Of a DNA stretch of 64,000 nt, positions 9,973-18,614 are shown piece after piece. Source of the stretch: a virus (taxonomy: Duplodnaviria; Caudoviricetes); the IMG/VR virus record IMGVR_UViG_3300027708_000016; one strand, given 5' to 3'. The position numbers and the translations under genes were made by a program. Position 1 is the first letter of the stretch. Each line of letters begins with the position of its first letter. A model generated the notes under the pieces. It saw only the letters and a program-made list of their open reading frames with translations, was not told the DNA's origin and did not search any database.

Positions 9973-10671
9973 TTAAACCCATACTCTAAAAGATAATCTT
10001 CTATTTCTAAAATTTAAAAAATCACTTGGTTCAATAAATTCTATATTTCCTGCGATATGATTAAGCATATGTGCATCAAATTGCTCATTGTTTACGGAGT
10101 TTTCGCAAAAATGTTTAATTTGATCATCAGATAAATCTTTTAATTTTAAAAAATTATTATAAGAAGTAATAAAAAAATGGCTACTTGTTTCTGTTCTATT
10201 AAACTGTTTGTCTCCTATATGGAAACATGGTGATACGTTGGCATTTTCATTAAAAAATTTCTCAGCATCTTTAATTCTTACAAAATTATCATGTCTAGAT
10301 CTAATGATATAATCATATTTTTTATTGTTTTCTTTTAGATATTTAGCAATATAAATCAAATTGTATGCAAAAAAAGGAAATCCATCATCACGACATTGAT
10401 GATATTGACTCATATCTTTCTGTTCCAAAAAAATTGGAATATCAACAACATCTTTTATTTGTTCATTTAAAAGGTTGATATCATAATCATAAAGATAATT
10501 TGCGCCTTCGTTTACTTTATGATTGCTATAGGTTCCTTTTTTGGGATACCAAGTTAAAAAAATAACTTCGACATCATGAGTCGGAAAGCAATCCTTTAAT
10601 GCTTGAATATTGGTTTTAATATCATCTAAACACTCTCTAATTGCGCCTACAAAAATCAATCCTAATTTCAT
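9973..10671 (-). CDS. Hypothetical glycan-island protein; paralog of 13053..13778
   Basis: Shared motifs KLGLIFVGAIR / VIFLTW / YDYIIRSRHD. Confidence 0.5.
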   Translation of the reverse strand: MKLGLIFVGAIRECLDDIKTNIQALKDCFPTHDVEVIFLTWYPKKGTYSNHKVNEGANYLYDYDINLLNEQIKDVVDIPIFLEQKDMSQYHQCRDDGFPFFAYNLIYIAKYLKENNKKYDYIIRSRHDNFVRIKDAEKFFNENANVSPCFHIGDKQFNRTETSSHFFITSYNNFLKLKDLSDDQIKHFCENSVNNEQFDAHMLNHIAGNIEFIEPSDFLNFRNRRLSFRVWV

Positions 10672-10677
10672 TGATAA

Positions 10678-10684
10678 TATTTAT
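10678..10684 (-). promoter_or_regulatory. T4-like late promoter (ATAAATA) for the inverted 3-gene block
   Basis: Minus strand reads GATAAATA-ttatca-ATG(10671). Confidence 0.5.
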
Positions 10685-10722
10685 CACATGTTGATTTTTT
10701 TCAAGTATTGATATTTATTGTA

Positions 10723-11472
10723 ATGGAAAGTGATATTAACATATTGATACCAATGGCAGGATTAGGCAGCAGATTTGCACATACCCATCCCAACCAATTA
10801 AAACCACTAATTGATGTTTGTGGGGTGGCAATGATTAAAAGAGTAATTGAAAATTTAAATCAAAGCCAAAACGCAAATTTTATATTTGTGATACCTAATA
10901 TTTTGAAAAATAACAAGGATTTTTTTAATATATTAAATGAATCAAACATAAAATACAAAATATTAGTAACAGAAACCCTTACGGAAGGACCCGCTTGCAC
11001 GGCTTTATTAGCAAAAGATTTTATAAACAACAACACGCCATTAATAATAACTAATTGTGATCAATACATTGCAGATTTCAGTTTAAATGACCTATTAACT
11101 TTTTCAAAAATAAACAATGCACATGGAGTTGTTGGTGTATTCCATTCTAATTCGAATAAAAATAGTTATATTAAACTAGGAAATGATTTAAGAATACAGG
11201 AAATTAGAGAAAAAATTGTCATTAGTAATATTGCAACTAATGGTTTGCATTTTTGGTCTAAAGGTGTTTATTTTGTTGAGTCGGCAGAAAAAATGATTTC
11301 TAAAAATGAAAAATATAATAATGAATATTATATAGCACCTTCTTATAATAATATGATAACAGATAACAAAAATATTTTACCATACTATTATAATTTACAT
11401 TTTCCAATCGGAACGCCCGACGATTTAAACATTTTTGTAAATGAAGTATTTAAAACTATAAAACACAAATGA
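10723..11472 (+). CDS. Sugar-phosphate nucleotidyltransferase (NTP_transferase / RmlA-GlmU-like fold)
   Basis: NILIPMAGLGSRF, KPLIDV, TEGPACTA, LIITNCDQ, EIREK, EYYIAPSYN, PIGTPDDL; ATG at 10723 preferred over TTG at 10708. Confidence 0.85.
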   Translation: MESDINILIPMAGLGSRFAHTHPNQLKPLIDVCGVAMIKRVIENLNQSQNANFIFVIPNILKNNKDFFNILNESNIKYKILVTETLTEGPACTALLAKDFINNNTPLIITNCDQYIADFSLNDLLTFSKINNAHGVVGVFHSNSNKNSYIKLGNDLRIQEIREKIVISNIATNGLHFWSKGVYFVESAEKMISKNEKYNNEYYIAPSYNNMITDNKNILPYYYNLHFPIGTPDDLNIFVNEVFKTIKHK

Positions 11473-12356
11473 AAAAATTAAAAATAAACTTTGTAGACTT
11501 TTGGCCCAACCTATTTAAAGATGATAATTACTTCTATAATCTTTTAAAAACAAAATATGATGTTGAAATAGATGAAGAAAACCCTGATATATTATTTTTT
11601 TCGGTTGATTACAATAACGAAAGAAACAGGGATAGATATAAAAACTGTTTAAAAATCTTTTATACGGGTGAAAACGTTGAACCAAATTGGAATGAATGCG
11701 ATTTAGCTTATACTTTCAGACATTCAAATGATCCAAGGGAATATCGTTTGCCTTTATGGGCATTGCATTTGAATTGGTTTAATAGACCCTATATCGCAGA
11801 AAGAGATCATGCTTATTTACACGATTTAGAGTCATTTTTAGATAAAACCAAAATTAAAAAACTAAACAAAACTGGTTTTTGTTCATTTGTTGCATCACAA
11901 CCCAAAGGAAAAAGAGTTGATTTTGTTCCAAAGCTTTTTAATTACAAACCAGTACATTGCGCAGGACGTTTATATAATAACATAGGTGATGTTTTAGTTT
12001 GTAGAGGTGACCAAATAGAAAAAATAAACTTTTTAAAAAAATTTAAATTTAATATCGCAATGGAAAACACATCTTGTCAAGGTTATTGCACAGAAAAAAT
12101 AATACATTCAATGTTTGGAATGAATATTCCCATATATTGGGGATCAACATCTGTTGAAAGCGATTTTAATCCAGAATCCTTTATTAATTGTCATAATTTT
12201 TCTTCTGATGAAGAAATTATAGAAAAAATTAAAGAATTGGACATGGATGTAGAAAAATATGTTGATATGTTAAAAAAACCTTGGTTTAAAGATGGTAAAA
12301 TTCCAGATTCCGTTCAACCTGATAATGTTATATCTTTAATATCTAATAAAATATAA
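11469..12356 (+). CDS. Alpha-1,3-fucosyltransferase-like (GT10)
   Basis: KINFVDFW, PDILFFS, FYTGEN, FCSFVAS, KFNIAMEN...GYCTEKI, IPIYWG, FNPESFIN. Confidence 0.88.
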   Translation: MKKLKINFVDFWPNLFKDDNYFYNLLKTKYDVEIDEENPDILFFSVDYNNERNRDRYKNCLKIFYTGENVEPNWNECDLAYTFRHSNDPREYRLPLWALHLNWFNRPYIAERDHAYLHDLESFLDKTKIKKLNKTGFCSFVASQPKGKRVDFVPKLFNYKPVHCAGRLYNNIGDVLVCRGDQIEKINFLKKFKFNIAMENTSCQGYCTEKIIHSMFGMNIPIYWGSTSVESDFNPESFINCHNFSSDEEIIEKIKELDMDVEKYVDMLKKPWFKDGKIPDSVQPDNVISLISNKI

Positions 12357-13051
12357 TGAAACCTGATAAAATTTATATAATTCATTATACTAAATTAAAA
12401 GACAGGTATTCAAATTTAATTTCAATTTTAGAAAAATCTAAAATACCTTTTGAATTTATAACACAATATGATAAAGAAGATTTAAAAGAAGATATATTAA
12501 ATAAATTTTATCTACCAAATCCCGAAAAATTTACAAACAAAATTAAACCTTTATGGGATTGTAATATAAATACATTCAGAGTTTTAAGTTCTTCAGAATT
12601 GTCTTGCGCAATTAAACAACTAACTGCTATTAAAAAATTATCTCAAGAGTGTAAAAATTTTGGCATGATCTTAGAAGATGACATTATGTTCGATACGAAT
12701 TTTAATTTACTTTTTAAAAAGTATATCCAAGAAACACCAAACGATTGGGATGCTATTTTTTTAGGTGAAGGTTGCGGTTTTGAATTTCAAAAGTATAAAT
12801 TATCAACAAGTATAAGAAAGAGTGAAAATTCTTATCTAGTCAATAATCCCGCTACAAACTGCGCCGAAGCATATTTATTAAAACCTGATATTGCATCTAA
12901 AATATATGAATCATCATTACCGTTTCAATTAGCTTTTGATTGGGAACTTGCATATCAGTTATATAAATTGAAAGCTAAAACATATTGGTGGTTCCCATCA
13001 ATTGCAAAACAAGGTTCCAGAACAGGACAATATCAATCATCCTTAAGATAA
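12356..13051 (+). CDS. Glycosyltransferase family 25-like
   Basis: KIYIIHY...DR, SCAIKQ, MILEDDI, WDAIFLG, AEAYLL; C-terminus KQGSRTGQYQSS matches RQGSETGKYKSS of 4912..5580. Confidence 0.75.
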   Translation: MKPDKIYIIHYTKLKDRYSNLISILEKSKIPFEFITQYDKEDLKEDILNKFYLPNPEKFTNKIKPLWDCNINTFRVLSSSELSCAIKQLTAIKKLSQECKNFGMILEDDIMFDTNFNLLFKKYIQETPNDWDAIFLGEGCGFEFQKYKLSTSIRKSENSYLVNNPATNCAEAYLLKPDIASKIYESSLPFQLAFDWELAYQLYKLKAKTYWWFPSIAKQGSRTGQYQSSLR

Positions 13052-13052
13052 A

Positions 13053-13778
13053 ATGAGAATAGCAATTTGTTTATCAGGGTTAACTAGATCCATGTGGTAT
13101 TGTTTTCCTGTATTAAAAGAATATATAATAAACGAATTAAATGCAGATGTTTTCTTACATACTTGGGAAATAGATAACGGTGGGCAAACTCCATGCGATG
13201 ATGCAGCAAAATCATGTTCCATCGAAGAAAAAAAAGAATATATTGAAAACAGAATAAAACCAAAAAGATACGTAATAGAAAATTACAACGATTTTTTACA
13301 AAAATACCCAAGCCAAACTCATCCATCAACTGCTCCCATGTATTATTCAATCATGAAGTCTAATGCCCTAAAAAAAGAATATGAATTGGAAAATAATTTT
13401 AAATATGATGTTGTTTTTAGGATAAGAATGGACGTAATGTTTGATACTACGATTGATAAAGAAGAATTAAAAAACGTCATAGAGCAAAAAAAACTATATA
13501 TAGGTTACCATAGTGTAGATAAAATTGAATCTCAACCAAAAATAAGTGATTTTTTTGCTTTTTCAACTTCTGAAAACATGGATTATTATTCGGATGCATT
13601 CAAATTATGGGAAAATAATAGATATTTAAATGGAGAAGATGTATTGAATACACATATATTAAATGCAAATTTAAAATATAAATGGACTAACACGAAAATG
13701 AAATTAACCTACCGTTGGCAAACGTGTAGAGCATATTTCGCCTATGCATATAGACAAAATTTTGCATATCAGGATTGA
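13053..13778 (+). CDS. Hypothetical glycan-island protein; paralog of 9973..10671
   Basis: RIAICLSGLTR, ADVFLHTW, MYYSI, YDVVFRIRMD, ISDFFAFS. Confidence 0.55.
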   Translation: MRIAICLSGLTRSMWYCFPVLKEYIINELNADVFLHTWEIDNGGQTPCDDAAKSCSIEEKKEYIENRIKPKRYVIENYNDFLQKYPSQTHPSTAPMYYSIMKSNALKKEYELENNFKYDVVFRIRMDVMFDTTIDKEELKNVIEQKKLYIGYHSVDKIESQPKISDFFAFSTSENMDYYSDAFKLWENNRYLNGEDVLNTHILNANLKYKWTNTKMKLTYRWQTCRAYFAYAYRQNFAYQD

Positions 13779-13802
13779 TTTTTTAAAATTTTATTATATA
13801 AT
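13775..13802 (+). promoter_or_regulatory. sigma70-like promoter
   Basis: TTGATT(13775)-16 nt-TATAAT(13797-13802), ATG at 13811. Confidence 0.55.
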
Positions 13803-13810
13803 TCTTTTAC

Positions 13811-14773
13811 ATGAAAAAAATTGCTTTTTATTTGCCGCATATTGATATACAAGGAACAGGGGTGTCAGTTTTAGATTATTGTAAATTTAATCAAGAAATT
13901 CTTGGTAATAAATCATTTATGATTCATGATTTAAATCATCCAGCCAATCATGAACTAGCCATTGAAAAATTTAAAAATAATAATATAGAAATAATATCTT
14001 TGAAGGGTAACGAAGATACGAATGAATTGGAAAGAAAATTGGACGAACTCAAAGTTGATGCAGTTTACATTCAAAAAACAGGAAGAAAGGATGACGGCAG
14101 ATTTGCTAAAAATAAACCTTCATTCATACATGTAATAGGAACCCAAAATGATCCTCACGGGACAGTCTATGCTTATGCTAGTGAATGGTTAAATCAGCAT
14201 TGCACAGGGGGAACTTATCCAGTTGTTCCTTATATGGTTCATCTACCTGAACACCATGACAATTTTAGAGATAAACTAAAACTACCCGAAAATGCAATAG
14301 TTTTTGGTAGAACAGGTGGAATATATTCTTGGAACATGCCTTGGGTTAGTCAGACTATAGAAAAAGCACTCTCGTTAAGAGATGATATATACTTTTTATT
14401 CGTACAGACCCCTCAATTTATAAAACACGAAAGAGTTATATATACAAGTCCATTTTCTGACCTTTATATAAAAAGAAAATTCATTAACACATGTGATGCA
14501 ATGATTCACGCAAGAGCAGAAGGCGAATCATTTGGTATGGCTTGTGCAGAATTTTCTTATAGTAATAAACCAGTTATAACATATAGTAATTCACCAGAAA
14601 GAAATCATATTTACGTTTTAAAGGATAAAGGTTTATATTATGATTCTCCTCAAACACTGTTAGATATACTTTTAAAATTTGAAATTCAAGATAAAGATTG
14701 GAATGCCTATCGTGAATTTACGCCAGAATCAGTAATTAACCAATTCAAAAAGGTTTTTATTGATAAAATATGA
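13811..14773 (+). CDS. GT-B fold glycosyltransferase (GT4-like)
   Basis: GTGVSVLDY, VFGRTGG, CDAMIHARAEGESFGMACAEF, KPVIT. Confidence 0.78.
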   Translation: MKKIAFYLPHIDIQGTGVSVLDYCKFNQEILGNKSFMIHDLNHPANHELAIEKFKNNNIEIISLKGNEDTNELERKLDELKVDAVYIQKTGRKDDGRFAKNKPSFIHVIGTQNDPHGTVYAYASEWLNQHCTGGTYPVVPYMVHLPEHHDNFRDKLKLPENAIVFGRTGGIYSWNMPWVSQTIEKALSLRDDIYFLFVQTPQFIKHERVIYTSPFSDLYIKRKFINTCDAMIHARAEGESFGMACAEFSYSNKPVITYSNSPERNHIYVLKDKGLYYDSPQTLLDILLKFEIQDKDWNAYREFTPESVINQFKKVFIDKI

Positions 14774-15090
14774 AAATTCTAAATATAGAAGATTTTATAG
14801 GTGGATGGTTCATTGGAGATTTTGAACCATCGGTTTTAAAAACCAAAGATTTTGAAGTTTGTTTTAAAAAACATGTTAAGGATGAAATTTGGCCCAAACA
14901 TTATCATCGAATAGCAACCGAAATTAATTATTTGATTAAAGGTGAAATGATAATACAGGGTAAACTACTAAAAACGGGTAATATTTTTATCTTAGAACCA
15001 AATGAATGGGCTAATCCAGTATTTTTACAAGATTGTGAACTTATAGTAGTAAAAACACCTTCTATAAAAGGTGATAAATATGAAAATTAA
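14770..15090 (+). CDS. Small cupin-fold protein
   Basis: GWFIGDFEP, WPKHYHRIATEINYLIKGEM (H-x-H...E cupin motif), FILEPNE. Confidence 0.8.
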   Translation: MKILNIEDFIGGWFIGDFEPSVLKTKDFEVCFKKHVKDEIWPKHYHRIATEINYLIKGEMIIQGKLLKTGNIFILEPNEWANPVFLQDCELIVVKTPSIKGDKYEN

Positions 15091-15118
15091 TTGACTTTTT
15101 TACTATTTATTATATAAT
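15091..15118 (+). promoter_or_regulatory. sigma70-like promoter of the RLP gene
   Basis: TTGACT(15091)-16 nt-TATAAT(15113-15118), ATG at 15128. Confidence 0.6.
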
Positions 15119-15127
15119 ATTATTATT

Positions 15128-16342
15128 ATGCTTAAATACGACATTTTTAAACCAGAATACAAATTAGACTCTTCCTTCTTTGCTAATTATTTTATTGTAA
15201 CATACTTAATTGGTTCAAAAACCGATTTAAAAGATGCCGCATGGAATCTAGCTATCGGGCAATCAATTGGAAATCCAAGTAAGCGTTCCGAATTTGAGAG
15301 CCAAGATTTGATTGACAATCATTGTGCTATTATTTTACATGATGAAAAATCCTTAGAGAATCTTAAAGAAGGTATTGTTAAGATTGCTTTTGCTGAAGCA
15401 AATATTAACTTTAAAACGGACGGAGTATCCCAATTGCTAGTCCAAATAATGGGAGGTCAATGTGACATTGATATTTTTGAAAAGTGTGTTATTAAAGATA
15501 TAAAATTAACTCCAAATATGGAGAACTGTTTGCAGGGACCTAAAATTGGTCTAAAAGAAATGAGAGAATATTGTGGTGTATCACAGGAAAAGCCTTTATT
15601 TGGTGGGATTGTGAAACCAAAAGTTGGTCTTTCGCCACAAAAAAATCTTGATTTGGTAAAAAAACTCATTGATGGCGGCTGTAACTTCATAAAAGAAGAT
15701 GAAATTCTTTCAGATCCCGATCATTGTAGAATTGAAGATCGTGTTCCCCCTGTAATGGATTATATTAAAAGCACTAATGCAAAAGTTTATTACGCAGTTT
15801 CAATCCATTCCGATCCTGCACACATTTTAAATCGTGTTAAGCAAGTTTATGAATTGGGTGGAAATGCTGTTCATGTAAATTTCCATTGTGGATTAGGTGT
15901 TTATAAGTCTATTAGAGAACTTGATTTACCAATTCTAGTTCACTTCCAGAAAAGCGGTGATAAAATTTTAAATTGTTATGATCATAAATTTGCAATTGAT
16001 CAAGATGTAATCTTTAAACTTGTTGGGCAAAGTGGCTGTTCGACGCTTCATGCTGGTATGATCGGTGGATACATGGATAATGAAACACAGGCGGTAAAGA
16101 AGACTATTTCCATGTTGAATGATATAAATTGCGTCCCAGCTTTAAGTTGTGGAATGCACCCAGGTTTAATTGATTATATTTTAGATGTGGTTGGACATAG
16201 CAACTGGATGGCAAATGTCGGCGGTGCATTAACATCACATCCAAGTGGTACTTTGGCAGGTACAAAGGCTATGAGACAAGCAATCGATAAGAATTACGGG
16301 GATGAATATCATCAAGCCATTGAAAAATGGGGTAAGAAATGA
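15128..16342 (+). CDS. RuBisCO-like protein (form IV RLP, RuBisCO large-subunit superfamily)
   Basis: GGIVKPKVGLS (K175/K177), NFIKEDEIL (K201/D203/E204), LVHFQK (H294), LHAG (H327), PALSCGMHPG, NVGGALTSHPSGTLAGTKAMRQA; 404 aa. Confidence 0.93.
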   Translation: MLKYDIFKPEYKLDSSFFANYFIVTYLIGSKTDLKDAAWNLAIGQSIGNPSKRSEFESQDLIDNHCAIILHDEKSLENLKEGIVKIAFAEANINFKTDGVSQLLVQIMGGQCDIDIFEKCVIKDIKLTPNMENCLQGPKIGLKEMREYCGVSQEKPLFGGIVKPKVGLSPQKNLDLVKKLIDGGCNFIKEDEILSDPDHCRIEDRVPPVMDYIKSTNAKVYYAVSIHSDPAHILNRVKQVYELGGNAVHVNFHCGLGVYKSIRELDLPILVHFQKSGDKILNCYDHKFAIDQDVIFKLVGQSGCSTLHAGMIGGYMDNETQAVKKTISMLNDINCVPALSCGMHPGLIDYILDVVGHSNWMANVGGALTSHPSGTLAGTKAMRQAIDKNYGDEYHQAIEKWGKK

Positions 16343-16755
16343 TAGTAATTTCTCATAGAGGGAATACTACTGGCCCAGTTAAACAAACCGAAAATCGACC
16401 CCAAACAATTCAACCTTTATTGGATAAAAATATCCACGTGGAAATTGATGTTTGGTTAATAGGTGACAGTTTTTTCTTGGGTCATGATGACCCTTTATAT
16501 AAAACCGATATAAAATTTTTATTACAAAAAAATCTCTGGTGTCATGCAAAAAACTTAAAATCATTAGAAGAAATGTTAAAACACGATATTAATTGTTTTT
16601 GGCATGAAAACGATAAACACACTTTAACATCTAATGGTTATATTTGGACTTATCTTAATCAAAAAACATGTGATAAATCCATAATAGTTGATTTATCAAA
16701 AAACTGGAAAGAAAAAAATTATAATTGCTATGCCATTTGTGTTGATTACTTGTAA
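16339..16755 (+). CDS. Short GDPD/PLC-like phosphodiesterase-fold protein
   Basis: MIVISHRGN, EN, HVEIDVW, FLGHD, LWCHAKN, ICVDY. Confidence 0.72.
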   Translation: MIVISHRGNTTGPVKQTENRPQTIQPLLDKNIHVEIDVWLIGDSFFLGHDDPLYKTDIKFLLQKNLWCHAKNLKSLEEMLKHDINCFWHENDKHTLTSNGYIWTYLNQKTCDKSIIVDLSKNWKEKNYNCYAICVDYL

Positions 16756-16776
16756 AAACAATTTATAATTAGGTAA

Positions 16777-18585
16777 ATGAAAAAAGTTCAATTTAATTCT
16801 GTAAAAATACAAAATTTTCTTTCCGTTGGTAAAGATCCATTAACAATTGATTTTCAAAACGGCATTAATCTCATCACTGGAGAGAATAAAGACAAGGGTG
16901 GCAAGAATGGAATAGGGAAAAGCTCCATTCTTGAAGCCATTTACTGGTGTTTATTTGGTAATACCATTCGTGATATCAAAAACGATAAGATAATTCACAA
17001 TCTTAGCAAGAAAGATTGCAAGGTTTCATTAAACTTTGAGGTTGTTACCGAAAAACACGTAACTCCATACACTATAGAAAGATCTTTAGAACCAAGTAAG
17101 GTTACTATTACTGCACATAATCAACAAAGAGACATTGATATGACTCTTTCTACCATGCCAGAGACCAATTCCTTCATTAAAGAATTACTTGGGGCAACCG
17201 AAGAAGTGTTCCAGAATGCTGTTATCATGTCTGCGAACAATACAGTGCCGTTTATGGCTCAAAAGAAGACCGATAAAAGAAAATTCATCGAAGGAATTCT
17301 TAATCTTAACATCTTTAGTGACATGTTGCTAAAGGCAAGAGGAGATTATAATGATTTTAAAAAACAAAATGACTCGTTGAGTAGTAATTTTATTACGCTT
17401 CAAAGAAATTTAAGCACTTTTGAAGATCAGAAAGCAAATGCAGAAACAAAAAAACAAGAAAAAATAGATGCATTTAATTCTCGCATTAGAGATAATGAAA
17501 AAATCATAGAACAATTAAATAACACAACCCTTCCTAGTTTAAATGAAGTTAATGACGGCATACAAAAGCTAGAAGAAAAACGCACTGCACTAAAAAGTTG
17601 CATTAAAGCTTTTAATATAACAAGGTCAGATCTTATAAAAAAAAGTTCAGATCTTTCCGCTGAGATAAGACAATTAGAAAAAGAAAAACAAAAGATAATC
17701 GACAAAGGTGGAACATGTCCAACATGTAATAGAGACTATTGTGTTGAAGACCTTGAAGCTGTTAAGCAAAGATTAAAAGATATTGCTACCAATATATCAA
17801 ATCTTGCTACCGAATCATTCACCATTAATAGTGAAAAGATTGATTGGGACGATAAGATCGAAGAAGCAGAAGATGGAGTTGAAAAAATCAATGGTAAAAT
17901 CAGAATTTTGGATCAATCAAAGTCAGATATCAAAATTAACAATCAAAAAATAACTAATTGTGAAAGTAATATTAAAGATTGTTTGAAATGGATCGAAGAT
18001 ACTAAGATAGATGATCCATCAATTGATTTAAATGTTCAAAATACCAAAAAAGAAATTGAAAACACTCAAATAGAACTAACAAAAGTTAAAAAAGAAATGG
18101 CGATAGTAGAAGCTGCCAAATTTATTGTCTCCGAGGAGGGTGTTAAAACGTATATTGTTAAGAAAATGCTTACGTTACTTAACAAGAAGCTTAATTACTA
18201 CCTCAAAGAACTTGATACTCCATGTAAATGTGAGTTCAATGATATGTTTGAAGAAACTATTATCAACGAAACTGGTAAAGAATGTTCATATTTCAATTTT
18301 AGTGGGGGAGAAAGAAAAAGAATTGATGTTGCTGTGTTGTTTATGTTTCAAGATCTCTTGAGAAGCCAAACTGGAACCTCATATTCGTTAAACATCTATG
18401 ATGAAATGATTGATTCTGCCCTTGATCAGCAAGGAACTGATAAAATTATTGGTTTACTTAAAGAAAAGGTTACAAAATACGATGAGTCTGTTTACATAGT
18501 CAGTCATAAAGCATCAGATATGGCAAGAATTGATAATGTTTTATTGTTAGAAAAAGAAAATGGTGTTACAAAAATAGTTAGTTGA
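16777..18585 (+). CDS. gp46: Recombination endonuclease ATPase subunit, Rad50/SbcC-like (gp46)
   Basis: Walker A GKNGIGKSS, coiled coil with CPTC zinc hook, signature FSGGERKRI, Walker B IYDEMIDSALD, VSH. Confidence 0.93.
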   Translation: MKKVQFNSVKIQNFLSVGKDPLTIDFQNGINLITGENKDKGGKNGIGKSSILEAIYWCLFGNTIRDIKNDKIIHNLSKKDCKVSLNFEVVTEKHVTPYTIERSLEPSKVTITAHNQQRDIDMTLSTMPETNSFIKELLGATEEVFQNAVIMSANNTVPFMAQKKTDKRKFIEGILNLNIFSDMLLKARGDYNDFKKQNDSLSSNFITLQRNLSTFEDQKANAETKKQEKIDAFNSRIRDNEKIIEQLNNTTLPSLNEVNDGIQKLEEKRTALKSCIKAFNITRSDLIKKSSDLSAEIRQLEKEKQKIIDKGGTCPTCNRDYCVEDLEAVKQRLKDIATNISNLATESFTINSEKIDWDDKIEEAEDGVEKINGKIRILDQSKSDIKINNQKITNCESNIKDCLKWIEDTKIDDPSIDLNVQNTKKEIENTQIELTKVKKEMAIVEAAKFIVSEEGVKTYIVKKMLTLLNKKLNYYLKELDTPCKCEFNDMFEETIINETGKECSYFNFSGGERKRIDVAVLFMFQDLLRSQTGTSYSLNIYDEMIDSALDQQGTDKIIGLLKEKVTKYDESVYIVSHKASDMARIDNVLLLEKENGVTKIVS

Positions 18586-18614
18586 TAAACTGACACAAAT
18601 TTATAAATTTACAT

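Noticed and set aside
15128-16342. Bona fide CO2-fixing RuBisCO (rbcL/cbbM) as a carbon-fixation auxiliary gene
   Set aside because: Residues needed for carboxylation (loop-6 K334, R295, N123, E60 equivalents) appear substituted; no small subunit or phosphoribulokinase in the window
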